A stretch of DNA of 37,822 bases from Octopus bimaculoides (taxonomy: Eukaryota), in the NCBI RefSeq assembly GCF_001194135.2, contig NC_068992.1:61286518-61324339 (forward strand), read 5' to 3'. The notes beneath the pieces are model-generated. The model ran no database searches, was not told where the DNA came from, and saw only the letters and a list, made by a program, of their open reading frames with translations. The position numbers and the translations under genes are program-made. This document shows positions 13,081 to 25,863 of the stretch, in pieces; the first letter of the stretch is position 1, and every line of letters begins with the position of its first letter.

Positions 13081-14717
13081 ATGAAGATTCCAGATTGAGT
13101 TTTAGATGCATTTTCAAGTGTTGGTGAAACAAATGCAATTACAAGAACTGATTGAATTAAAAACAAAAGAAAACTTGGAAATCCTATTTATAAACATGTT
13201 CCATCATCTCTTTTGCAATTTATAAATGTTAATGATGGATTATGAGCCGCAGGGGAAAATTTCCCACCTGCATTATTCCTATTGTCATGTTTTATTGAAC
13301 ATAAATCTATTACTGTTCTGAACTTTTTAATGAAAATGCAAAATTAATTACAAATAGATGAAGAAAGTGACTTAAAGATGTTACTTACTAATTAATATTG
13401 AGTTAGATGTGAGAAGATTAATCTCACCACATCAAGGCCATCCTTCACATTAATAAATCAATAAATTTTAGAATTGTATGTACAGTTCTTTATGCAACAT
13501 GGTGGATGTCAATCAATTGTAAATATCACTAGATGCTGGGCAAATGAACAGACATCAAATTACCTACAGCCAGGATTAACAGACTGACCAGTTCAGTTAG
13601 TGAACAACTGCTATCATCTATTGTCATGGCACACACACGAGATATTTAGGCTAGCAAGAGATCAGTGCAACTAAAACCCAATGCACAAGTTCAAGCCACA
13701 CTGCTTGATCAGGACATCTGACATGGAAGAGTTATATTACTCCAGGCAAGTCAACCAACATGATGGTGATGTACAGTTATATTTTTGGTTATATAGTAAA
13801 TGTATAAGTAAAAACAAAATTCATTTAAATTTGATTTTCTGAATATGATAATTTTTACCAACTTTATGGGAAGGGTTGCTAATTAACTTTGTTCTCTGAA
13901 TGAGGTCAGTTGTCCAAAAATATTTTGGAAACAATGGTGGGGCTGAATGGATTGAGAGAACTGCAAGATGTATAGAGAGGCTGTCATTACAGTGTGAATA
14001 TTTAACAAATGCAGCAATTTATCATGCAGGTAGGTATCTATTAGTTCTAAGGCTCCCTCCTTGTTCATTATAATTCTGCAGACCATAATAGAGAAGCTTT
14101 AAGATCAGCTATTTATAGGAACTTCAAATGCAGAGAAACAGAAACTGCCACACTTTTACCAAGTCCACAGTGCATGCTCCTGCTATGGTTACACAGAATT
14201 TGTAGCTTTACAGTGGGGTGAATGCAAAATGTCTAGACTGCTATATTTGTATTCTGTATGATCCATCACTGCATATTGGAATGTGCATTGTGTATGAAAG
14301 TGCAGAAATAAACTGTGCAGTGGAGAAAGTGCAACATGTTTATACACTAATATTGCATCCCAAATGATTCATCAATGCAAGATGGTGTGTGCAATATTGT
14401 CATTAACTGGAAGGCAGCATGGTTCATTCATTTGTTTAGCATCTATATTTTCCATGCTAACAGAGGCTTAGATGAGAAATTGAGACAAGATTTTATGGTT
14501 GAATGCGTTTCTTGCCCTCAACTTTTACCTGTTTGTCAAGTAAGGGATTTCTTTTTTCATTTTCAGAGGTCTTTGAATGCACAGAATGACTGGACATAAT
14601 GTCAGTAAGGAATGCCAACATCACTACTGCTTTGCTCAACTAACAAGTGTGGAGACTGTCATACACATTTAGGCATGTAAGTGCACACAGACACATGGAC
14701 ATGTATGTATGCATGTG

Positions 14718-14849
14718 TGTGTTAGGAAGGGCACCCAGCTGTAGGAAGGAGACAATGGAACACTGCAGTCCTTTGACCTGTTGAATCCTGTCTAACTCCA
14801 TGGCAGCATGGACAATAGGCATTATATATATATATATATATATGATGAT
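14718..14849 (+). mobile_element. Short family D copy directly followed by a family C SINE
   Basis: GTTAGGAAGGGCACCCAGCTGTAG...CATGGCAGCATGGAC..TGATGATG. Confidence 0.65.
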
Positions 14850-15030
14850 GAGAGCACATGGCTTAGTGGTGACAGTGTTGTAGTTGCAATTGTGACATCA
14901 TTACTTCAGTTCTCAGACGAGGTGGTTCATTATGTTCTTGAGCAAAATACTTCACTTTACATTGTCCTGTGATTCTTTCAGTGTTTGATATGTGCCACAC
15001 AGTGCACCTGTACAGGGAATGTTAGCTTCT
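14850..15030 (+). mobile_element. tRNA-headed SINE family C, old copy
   Basis: GAGAGCACATGGCTTAGTGG head (A box) and TGTTCTTGAGCAAAATACTT motif, shared with 25530 and 31205. Confidence 0.6.
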
Positions 15031-15599
15031 TGCCCCTTTAATTGGTAATTAACATCATGATTTAGAGTCTTCCCCTACCCAGCCTCTTTTTATAGACAGT
15101 TACTCTATATCCAATTGACTACTCCTAACGCTTTCTTTCCTCCCTGAGGAAAAGGAATACATATGACAATATTTATTACCATACCTAGCCATGAGATGTT
15201 AACTCACTCTTGCCCTTTATTTTAAACAGACACAATCCTCTAGTCTGAGATTTTGTAGTTAATAAAGAGATAAATGGATCAGAAATGAACTACAATCCTT
15301 TACAAGCTATGACCCCAATAGGCTTTATGCGATTCTTGAGAGTGTAGTCTATTCTTAGCTAAAATAGCAACAACATGAATTTCTTCCATCTTCTTGCTCT
15401 GTTAAAGTATTTGAGAAAAATTATATTGATGTGTCCAACTGGTTAAAATTTTATTTATTTATATGCGCAACTGATGATGGCACTGCATTTAAATTGATGT
15501 AATGATTGCATTGTTCAATTAAATGTAACTGCTTGAAACGGTCATACTGCATCACTATTTGATATCCTGTTGCCTATTTTGATTTTATTCACCTTACTT

Positions 15600-15770
15600 C
15601 AAGCTATAACCTCTCTTCAATTGGTTGACCGGTGCGTGTGATCCATTCTTGAGGTCAAAATTCCCATTTTTAAAGTGCGAAAACCAATGGTGGGTGGTAC
15701 TTTGAGGTGTTGCTCTTTCTCCATACACAGCACAAATCTCAGGATATCAAATAGTCACACAGTTAATGTT
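15600..15770 (-). mobile_element. Mariner transposase N-terminal HTH remnant
   Basis: The minus strand reads ICAVYGERATPQSTTHHWFSHFKNGNFDLK, matching the mariner VYG.....T...WF.RFK.G.FDL pattern. Confidence 0.7.
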
Positions 15771-16627
15771 TATTTCAGTTGGGTCACACCCTTCCAATTG
15801 CTATAGATCCGTAATGCATCTTACGGCTGTGCCTGTCACCTGTATGGTGAGGAATTCTACATTGGGGAGTAGTAACGACTAGGATAGGGTAGCTGACTGC
15901 TTATTGTGATCATTCATCTTTTGGTTTCCTGTAGCTTTGCTCTCTTTTACAAACCCAGTGAACATACATATATTTCCTATTTCAAAGAAATTCAAACAAT
16001 AGATATAAGACCCAAGTTAAAAAGATTATCAACAATTCAACTTCTCTAGTTGACATTAAGACACCCATCCCCAATAGGGGGCCTTAACTCCCACATTTTA
16101 GAGCTCCATGACCTCCATTTTTCAGGAGCAAAATCCTTTGAACTGGTTCCATAAGACTGGAATTTTGGAATCTGCGCATAAAGATCAGTAGTATGGGATA
16201 CATGTGTCATGATTAGAATTTTTTTAGGGTGTGTAAAGATGGTAGGGTGGGAATGTGTAGAGATGGGGTAACAATGGAGGGGTGATGATGAAGTGAGTGG
16301 GTGGAAGGGAGAAGGTGGGAAGGAGTGAAGAGAGGAAGTAGGTGTTAGGGCCGGAGAGGAGAGGTGGGTGGGAGTGAAGGAAGGGAAGAGAGAGAAAGGG
16401 GTTTATATGAAGAGGGGAGGGGAGTTGAGCCCGTGTGGCACAAAGGAGTGAAGAGAAGATTATTTCCCATTCACAATGAAGACAGGAGTCCGGATGGCCC
16501 TTGTGCAAAGACAATCCATCATCATAATCATCATCGTCATCATTATCATCATCATCGTTTAATGGCCACTTTTTCATGATTGCATGGTTTGGGCTGAAGT
16601 TGTTGAAGCAGGTTTTTCTATGACCAG

Positions 16628-16697
16628 ATGACGACAATGATGAGAAGGATGATGATGATGATGATGATGACGATGACGATGACGACGACGACGACGA

Positions 16698-16730
<33 letters not shown>

Positions 16731-16757
16731 TGGTGGTGGTGGTGGTGGTGGTGGTGG
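16628..16757. repeat. Compound trinucleotide run (GAT)n-(GAC)n-(GGT)n
   Basis: Direct reading. Confidence 0.95.
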
Positions 16758-16935
16758 CATGTATAGATGGACTGTACGAGTGAACATGGGTAGCATTGGT
16801 GATTGTTGAAACTCGGAAAAATTTTGTAGATATTGTCGAAATTAGTTTGAAAGGAGCTTATTACAAATTCATCTTGATTAAACTTTGATGACATTCCATA
16901 AATTAAGCATCTGATAATTTGATAACAACTGCAGC

Positions 16936-16937
<2 letters not shown>

Positions 16938-16975
<38 letters not shown>

Positions 16976-17410
16976 TATATGTGTGTGTATGTATGTATAT
17001 ATGTATATATGTATATGTGCATGTATATATATATAAATACATATATGTATATTTATATGTGTGTGTGTGTAAGTATATACATATGCACACACATGCATGT
17101 ATGTTGTTATTGTTGTTATCTTCGAATATTTAATATTTTTCTCATATTTTAGAGCACGTAAAGAAGCAGTGACCAGTAATACAAAACATAGACATTTAAA
17201 TAGTTTCACCTTAAAGTATCATTACAACATGTTACAGGCTGGGGTTAGAAACATGAGTGCAACACACACACACGCACACACACACACATGCACACACAAA
17301 CACATACACACACACACACACATGCACACACAAACACATACACACACATGCATGTGCATGAATACGTACACAAAAACACATGCACATGTATGTATACATG
17401 TATACACACT
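16938..17410. repeat. Compound (CA)n/(TA)n/(TG)n tracts just upstream of the start codon
   Basis: Direct reading. Confidence 0.9.
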
Positions 17411-17519
17411 TTCGCAATTTTTAGCAATATAGTCTTTAAACATTCATACACACGTACAATCAACGAACAAAAATAACCCATTCATTTAGTCTCTGCCTTC
17501 CAATTGAGTGATATTCACC

Positions 17520-17664
17520 ATGTCTAAAGAAACAGATTCTATAGATTTTGATGAGATATACAGAAAAACTGGGAGTTATGGAAGATATCAGATGAAGATT
17601 ATGCTACAGATATTTCTCAATAATATTCCTGTAGGTTTCAATATTATGGTGCTGATATTTCAAA
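17520..17664 (+). CDS. SLC22-like coding exon 1 (MSKETDSIDFDEIYRKTGSYGRYQMKIMLQIFLNNIPVGFNIMVLIFQ, TM1)
   Basis: ATG in ACCATG context, typical SLC22 N-terminus, donor A|GTAAGT at 17665, phase 1. Confidence 0.92.
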
Positions 17665-17966
17665 GTAAGTTCTAAAAAAAAACCCAAAAAACTTTGTCCA
17701 TGTATCAGTTCATTTCCTGTTTTTATTGTTGAACTGTGACCATCCTGGGGCACCACCTTTTCACACTTTACATTTTAGTCAAACAAACTAACTTCAATAC
17801 TTGTTATTTTTTTTTTAAAGCTGGTAATGATTCTATAAGTCTCTTTTACTCAACCGTTAAGTTGTGGAACATAAACAAACCAGCACCAGTTATCAAGTGG
17901 TGGTGATGGGGGAACAAACACAAGCATGCACACATACGCATACACAAATAAATAAATATATACATA

Positions 17967-18043
<77 letters not shown>

Positions 18044-18601
18044 TCATCATCATCATTTAATGTCTGTTGTCTATGCTGGCATGGGTTGGATGGTTTGACC
18101 ATAGCTGCGAAGCTACACCAGGCTCCAGTCTGATTTGGCATGGTTTCTATGGTTGGGTGCCCTTCCTAATGCCAGCCATGTTACAGAGTGCGCTAGGTGT
18201 TTTTACGTGGCACTGCACAAGTGCATTTACAGTGCACTGCGTGGGTACTTTTATGTTGAACCGCACAGGCACTTTTATGTGACACCACACAGGCGCTTAC
18301 TTGGCATATATAATGTGTATATATATATATTTATATATATACATATATATATATACATATATATTATCTTTATCTTATGTTATTTACTTTGTTTTATATT
18401 ATACACATTTATTGTGCTTTTAATTGTTAATTTTTCTATATGTGATAGTGGATTTTCATCGATGAGTTCTTGAAACTTAGTTATTTTCCCTAAAACTATA
18501 TATTTTATATATATTTTATCTACAAAGCTCAATTAAATTTTAATTTTTTATAAATTGATTTTAATTGAGTTTTTACCTGTAATTTTGGATTTTGTCCCTA
18601 A

Positions 18602-18643
<42 letters not shown>

Positions 18644-18886
18644 TATGTATATCCAAATATAGGGAATGGAATCAGTAGAATCTAGGCTACATATGTTTCC
18701 CTGCTAGTAGGACCTTGGAAGTAGTAATTACTCAATGAGGAGTACTCCACAAGATACTCATCAGGCCGAAGATACCTTAGTCAAATGAGGGTTGTCAAGG
18801 GATCCCATGTTAACTTGCAGGAGATTTTATCAAAAGTTTTTCAATCAAATCTGCAAGTTAACATGGGATCCTTGGATCTTACCTTT

Positions 18887-18920
<34 letters not shown>

Positions 18921-19113
18921 TCTTTTATTCTTTTACTTGTTTTAGTTATTTAACTGCGGCCATGCTGGAGCACCGCCTTTAGTCGAACAAATCGACCCCA
19001 AGGCTTATTCTTTGTAAGCCCAGTATTTATACTATCAGTCTCTTTTACGGAATCACTAAGGGAACATAAACACACCAACATCAGTTGTCGAGCGATGTGG
19101 TAGGGGACAAACA

Positions 19114-19164
<51 letters not shown>

Positions 19165-21773
19165 ACATATATACGACAAGCTTCTTTCAGTTTCCATCTA
19201 CCAAATCCACTCACAAGACATTGGTCAGCTTGAGACTATAGTAGAAGCCACTTTCCCAAGGTACCATGAGGTTCAGTAATATTAATAGCAAACGCAACTC
19301 TTATATTGCTTAGTTTTATTCTTCCACTGTCAAACATTTACTCATTAGCACTAACATTCATCAAGAAATATGACACGATAAACAAAAGTGACATTGGAAT
19401 ATTCAAGCATCCCTCTAATATTTCATAAGAATATTCCATTAACATGAATAAAAGTAATAATTCAAATGAATTTGACATTAGTATGGCTTTTGTTGACAGC
19501 ACTGAGATACACAAAATCATTGCATTATATTCTCGATGGCCTAAATATTAACTATAAAACATTAGATATAGGTTTATATAAAGATGATGGGCTACCTCCC
19601 TTGCACTACTCTACTGGCTAAAGATTAAATGAATTCAAAGAAGATTTAATCAGCTTATTCAATGGCATCAGTCATAGAATCACAACACTTACAAAAATGA
19701 ACATTATAGATATGAGTATCAAATTTTAAAAATTATAGACACCAACCATATAATAAACCTAATGAAAAGCTCTTGTACATAAATAGGAATTGTCTTACCC
19801 CTCACCCACATCATCATTTTCACAAATGTAATTAATAATACAAGCAAAAGAATCCCTGAAATATAATCAAATATTACAATATTGCAATAATATCCTGAAG
19901 AATAGTGAACTTATTGCTAAAATTCACCTCACTCCGTTGAATATCAGACAGACTGAAATAAACAAAGTAACATGGTTTGGTTCAACAATTATCTCACTGG
20001 TCATCACAATCTCTTTGTAGTTGTTGGTCAAAAGAGAACCATCTACTTGCAGGTGAAATTTCCTTTTCATTCAAATTTGAAAGTGCCCACTAATGAGGTC
20101 TCCAAAAACCCATAAAAAATGGCTTAAGCTTCAAGACAAAAATAGTAATATAACTTGTATGTCTATGAATTATTTTAAAGTAAAGATTTTCTTTCCTTTT
20201 TTTTATGTAGCTGTACCCCACTACTACTTATGCATTTGCAGTTTATTGTTGGTGTTAAAATGGTTCTCCACCTTTGTTCTAGGCAAAGTCTTTTAGAACA
20301 TAAAAACCAGGCTCTGAGGAGATTACTAGAAGGGCTTTTGCTCAAAATACCAAGATTGTTGTTTCCTCTTGATATAAGAACTTATCAAAATTTATAACCA
20401 TTACTGCCTGCCTCAATATATATATATTTTTTTTTTTGAATCAAACAACAGGAATATTATGCAACTGCATGTTTGTTCTTTTCTATCTTTTTATACTGTC
20501 TTTATTTTGTCTTGTTAAGTACATGATATACCATTTACCTGTCGGTCGTTACCAAATGACAGCATCATGGAAATTGGTCCTAACAGTACTATACAGTATG
20601 AAAGTTGTTTTGTGAAGATCTCAAATGGAACAAATGGGACTGATAACCAAATTATTCCATGTCCCAATGGATATGAGTATGAACATGAAAAGCACTACTC
20701 AGTTCGGTCACAGGTAAGATGAAGTATGACTTATAATTTGATTAATTATTATTTGTCTCATTGTTATTGATCTTCTTGGAATTTTACTCCAAGAAATTTT
20801 TCTATGATTTATTTATGTTTTATTTATTATTATTCCTTTTTGTGTTTCAGACTCATTTTTACTACTTAACTATTTGATGTTGAACAAAATTCAAAAAATT
20901 TCTTTTCAGCTATTCAAAAATGTGTCAGACTTCATTTATAACACAAATAATGAAAGATAAATTTTACCAGTTGCCAGATTAATTTCATAAAAATTAGCAT
21001 TAAATTTTCCAAATAGAAACTAATTCCAAAATAGAAATTTGTTTGTTTGTATGCATGCATGCATGCATCTATGTTTGTATGTATGTATGTATACTTATAT
21101 TGCTTGGATACTTACAATGCTCTCATACTTGCAAGGCTCACAACCTCGCTGTACTTGAGAACTTACAATGCAAGGAAACATAGGCATGATACTTAAGTAT
21201 CCAACAGTTTTTCATCTCTTTTATATTCAACAATTCATAGCTAAAAATTAATTCTTTTTATTATTTTTTTTTTTTTTGTTTAAATTTTCTTTCTTTTCCA
21301 GTGGGATTTGGTATGTGCTGATGAACCCCTTGCTGATCTTTTCATCACAATCTACAGTGCAGGCAAGCTAGCAGGATGTTTTATCTTGCCGAATAGTGCA
21401 GATAGATATGGTCGGAAGCCAATCATTATCTTAGCAAACTTTGGAATGTGTGTTCTGAATATCATCATTATCTTCTCACCATCTTATACATTTTTCATAA
21501 TAGTGAAAGGATTGACTGGATTTTTTCAGCCAGTGAGTAATATTATAATTTTGCTTGACTTTACATTAATCATAACTACATGTGAATATCATCCTCTTTT
21601 CCTTGCTTGCATGAATAAGACAAGACTATTGTATAGTTCATCACTATAAAAATAGAAATAAAAACATCAGGGTGTATTGAGGTAAGATTGATAGTGAACA
21701 TAAAGAAAATTCAGGCATATTTGCGTAATAATGAAATCAAATCTGGAGTGTATATGTTTATATTACAGAGACA

Positions 21774-21828
<55 letters not shown>

Positions 21829-22720
21829 GGAGAGAGAATATTGCAGACAATGAATGAAATAAACATGAAATGAAAAAATCACATAAATAAAAGCTTGTTA
21901 AAAACTATCTTCTACTGAATATTTAAATTTGTGAACTTGAAATATTCAATAATAGAAGAAGGTTTAGAAAGTAAATGTTCCTGAAAACTTCAATTTATAA
22001 AAAATTTCACTTGCTTAGTAAATATTTCTTTCTGTAATTTATTGTAGTTATAATATATCTCACCCTAATTTAAACAAACTTCTAAGTAACCCAACTACAT
22101 TTAGCATGCTAGAAATAGCAGAGATCACAGTTATTATTGTAAGGTTTATAGTGCTCCAAATAGCCATACCACTTCTTAATTCTTTTTTTAAAAATTATAC
22201 CAGTATATTAAAAAATTTTCATTTTATCAAAAATATTAATCTAACAAACTCTGGAAACTGATATTATTCTTGAAATTGTGCCTCAGAGTTATACAGCTAT
22301 TTTGTCTAATAACATTCATTCATTCAAAAATAATTTTTTTACATTACATATATGTAATAAACTGTGGGTTTTGCAAATAGTGAATTAAAACTTGAAATGA
22401 AAACATTGAAATGAATATATATTAAATTATCATTAATAAAAATAGAGGTGAGAGAGAGTGAGAGAATGAAATGGAAAATTTCACCTGCAACGAATTAATA
22501 TTATTAAACATTAAAATCTACTCTCCAATGAATGCAACAATTATTTAAATTTGTGAAAACCTTGTAGTTCAAATATTCAATAAACTTCAGAAATTGAAAT
22601 TACAGGAAATTTCTTAGAACATGAATTTATAAAAATATTTCCAGACGGTCAAGCCTTTAATAATTGCTTTCTTTTAGTAACTATTACATATCTAATTAAT
22701 AAACAGCTTTCTCCATTATA

Positions 22721-22768
<48 letters not shown>

Positions 22769-22835
22769 TTATATATATATATATATATATATATAAATAC
22801 ACATGCACACACACACATGCATGTGCGCACACACA

Positions 22836-22869
<34 letters not shown>

Positions 22870-25822
22870 TTAATATGTACTATGTATTTGATAGGGTGTA
22901 TCAATTCCTGGTTCTGTGTTACTATTGGAGCTTTTCCCTGCAGAATGTAGGACCCACACTCAAGTTTTTCATGGAATTACATGGGGAGTGGCCCTAATGC
23001 TACTATGTCCAGTGTCATATTTCACAGAACCATATGGATGGCATTGTCTAAATGCACTTGTAGCTCTGTCATCCTGTGGTTTCTTGTTCCACGTTTGGTA
23101 AGTTAAAAATATTTCAAAATATTTTTATTATTATCATTTCAAATTCTTTGTATCTCACCCATATGATGGAACTTAGGTGGGTTTACTCTTGGATAACAAG
23201 TTACTACCTATGATCACTACCTGCCATCCAAGAACTTTAGAATGATCTTCACTGTTGCTAACTAGCAGGCCAGTTTCATATATGAGGGCATGCTGAATAG
23301 TTCCTGGCTTTGGATAAAAGAAAATACAGGAGGATCAGTTAGTTTATTCAACATATCCACCACTTAGATTTACATGCTTATTGTAATGGTTCATCAGTTT
23401 TCCTAAGCCCTGTAAAAGAACTCAGCAGGTTGGGTCACCAACCAGACCTTTCTCAATGCCCTTAAAGCCAAGAACCTTTTAGCACTCCTTGTATTCTCTG
23501 TGTTTCTGCAATGCTGTGCTTGAGAAGGAAGATCCATCAAACCTAGTGAAATTGTAGTTGTGGGAGATACTGGTGTCACACAACTGGCACCTGTGCTGGG
23601 GGCATGTAAAAGTACCTATTACACTCTTGGAGTGGTTGGCATTTGAAAGGGCATCCAGCTGTAGAAACCATGCAAAATAAGGTTGGATTCTGGTGCAGCC
23701 CCTCAGCGCACCAGCCCTGCTCAAACCATCCAACCCAGGCCAGCATGGACAATGGGTGCGAAATGATGATATATATANNNNNNNNNNNNNNNNNNNNNNN
23801 NNNNNNNNNNNNNNNNNNNNNNNNNNNNNNNNNNNNNNNNNNNNNNNNNNNNNNNNNNNNNNNNNNNATATATATATATATATATAAATACATAGATTTA
23901 TGTACACATACACATAAACATACATATATACATACATATATGTGTATGTATACACACACACACCTTCATGCTTTCTCTAACTGTGTATACACAGATAGAA
24001 ACTTTACAACTGTTGACATGAATGCTTGTACATGTCACTCAATTATACTAGTGTCAACCATTACACTTAAGGTTGATATGTGACATAATGTAATAATATC
24101 TGGGAAGAGTCAATAACTGTCAGATTGTATTACATGCAATAATGGTAGTTCCTGTCATATTGCGTGTAGAAGAATACAGTGGCAGTTACCTTATTTTGGA
24201 GATCTTCCTTTGTTATTTTCACCAGCATCATCACCATCATCATCATCATTATCTTCATTGTCTTTGTTGTCAATGTTATCATTGTTGTCGTCATCGTCAT
24301 CATTATCTTTGCCAGTGACAGCAGGGGGTGGGGGGACATATAATTAATTACATTGATCCCAGTAATATTTATAATATCTTGTTTTACTAATTTTGACATC
24401 CACTATCTTGATAATAATACCAATAATAATTGCTAGTATAAGTACAAGGTTTGAATTTTAGAGGAGGGACTACTCAACAACATCACCCCCAGTACATGCC
24501 TAGTACTTTATTTTATCAACTCATGAGAGATGAAAGGCAAAGTTAACTTTAGTGGGATTTGAACAGGGCTGGAAAAATACAAAGCATTTTGTCTGATGCT
24601 CTAACAATTCTACCAAATAATGAATTTATTACTTTTTTACATTTTGTTTTGCCTGCCAGGACACTACATGAATCTCTTCGATGGCAGGTACAATCAGGGA
24701 AAGTAAAAGAGGCAAATGCTACTGTAAAGCATATGTGTAAAGTCAATAAAATAGATTACAGTGAAGTAGAGTCATTAATGACCAACCTTAATGGTAAAAA
24801 ACCTGCAGAAGATATAGAATTAACCCCCTTAGATGAAATATCTAGTACTGATTCTTCAGATGAAACCTATGATGATGAACATTCAGATGAAATCCACAGT
24901 TTCAAGTCTTCAGAACCAGTTCCATCAGAGACTAAGAATGGAATGTTACAGAAAAAACACGAACATCCTAACCACAGCAAATATCCTAGAATTATTATTG
25001 TTTTAATAACACCATGTCTTCGGAAAATACTTTCCATAATGTTTTGTCTGTTGTAAGTATCCTCTTTTGTTTTAAATGTTTGTTTTTACATTGTTTTCTT
25101 TTTTGTTAATTGTGTCTGCATTGTTCTATAGTTATTTTATTATGTTACATTACATGATGGATTACACTATTCAAAATGTCCTTCATTTTTAAGGTCAAAG
25201 GGTGTAATTTGAGGGAGATTAAATTGAGTGGCTGCACAGAAAGCTCTCAGCAGTCATAATATCTGTTTTTGTTTTAAAATATCAGCTGCTGTTAAAACAT
25301 CTGTTGGTGGTGGTGTTATGTAAACTGGTGTTAACATTACATATCTTTATAGCAGTGTATCATATCTATTGTTAAAACTATTGTTTGTGGTGATAATGTT
25401 AAAACCTCTGCTGTTAAAACTACTTCTGCCATTGGGGCTGTCACAGCAAATGCTATGAAACTAATAAATGTTGGTGACAATGTTAAATCATCTGTTGTCA
25501 AAGCAATAGCTGTTGTTTTCATTGCCTGTGAGAGCACATGGCCAAGTGGCTAGAGTATTGAGCTAATGGCTGTTAGGTCTTATGTCATAGGTTTGATTCC
25601 CAGATCAGCCAGTGTGCTGTGCCCTCGAACAAATAGGTATCGCCAGCAGCAACAACAAGGGATTAAACTGTGAAGTATTGGTGTCCTGTTCAGCAGGGAG
25701 TCTTGTGTATTCATCCACTTTAATGCCATAAAAACTAAATTGAGCTTAGAACAACTAATGGACTTGTAGGCTTGAGACACATTTTAACTCTTTTTAATTG
25801 CTACTGTTGTTGACAGTAAATA

Positions 25823-25863
<41 letters not shown>

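Noticed and set aside
16224-16796. 190-aa minus-strand ORF with poly-P/S/D
   Set aside because: It derives from the trinucleotide run and the purine-rich tract, with no domain and no splice support.
21533-21649. ORF-track extension of exon 3 (VSNIIILL...)
   Set aside because: This is read-through past the GTGAGT donor. The SLC22 sequence resumes in phase at 22895.
24559-24659. N-terminal part of ORF 24559..25056 (MNRAGKIQ...)
   Set aside because: It lies in an antisense SINE and the pyrimidine tract upstream of the true acceptor.
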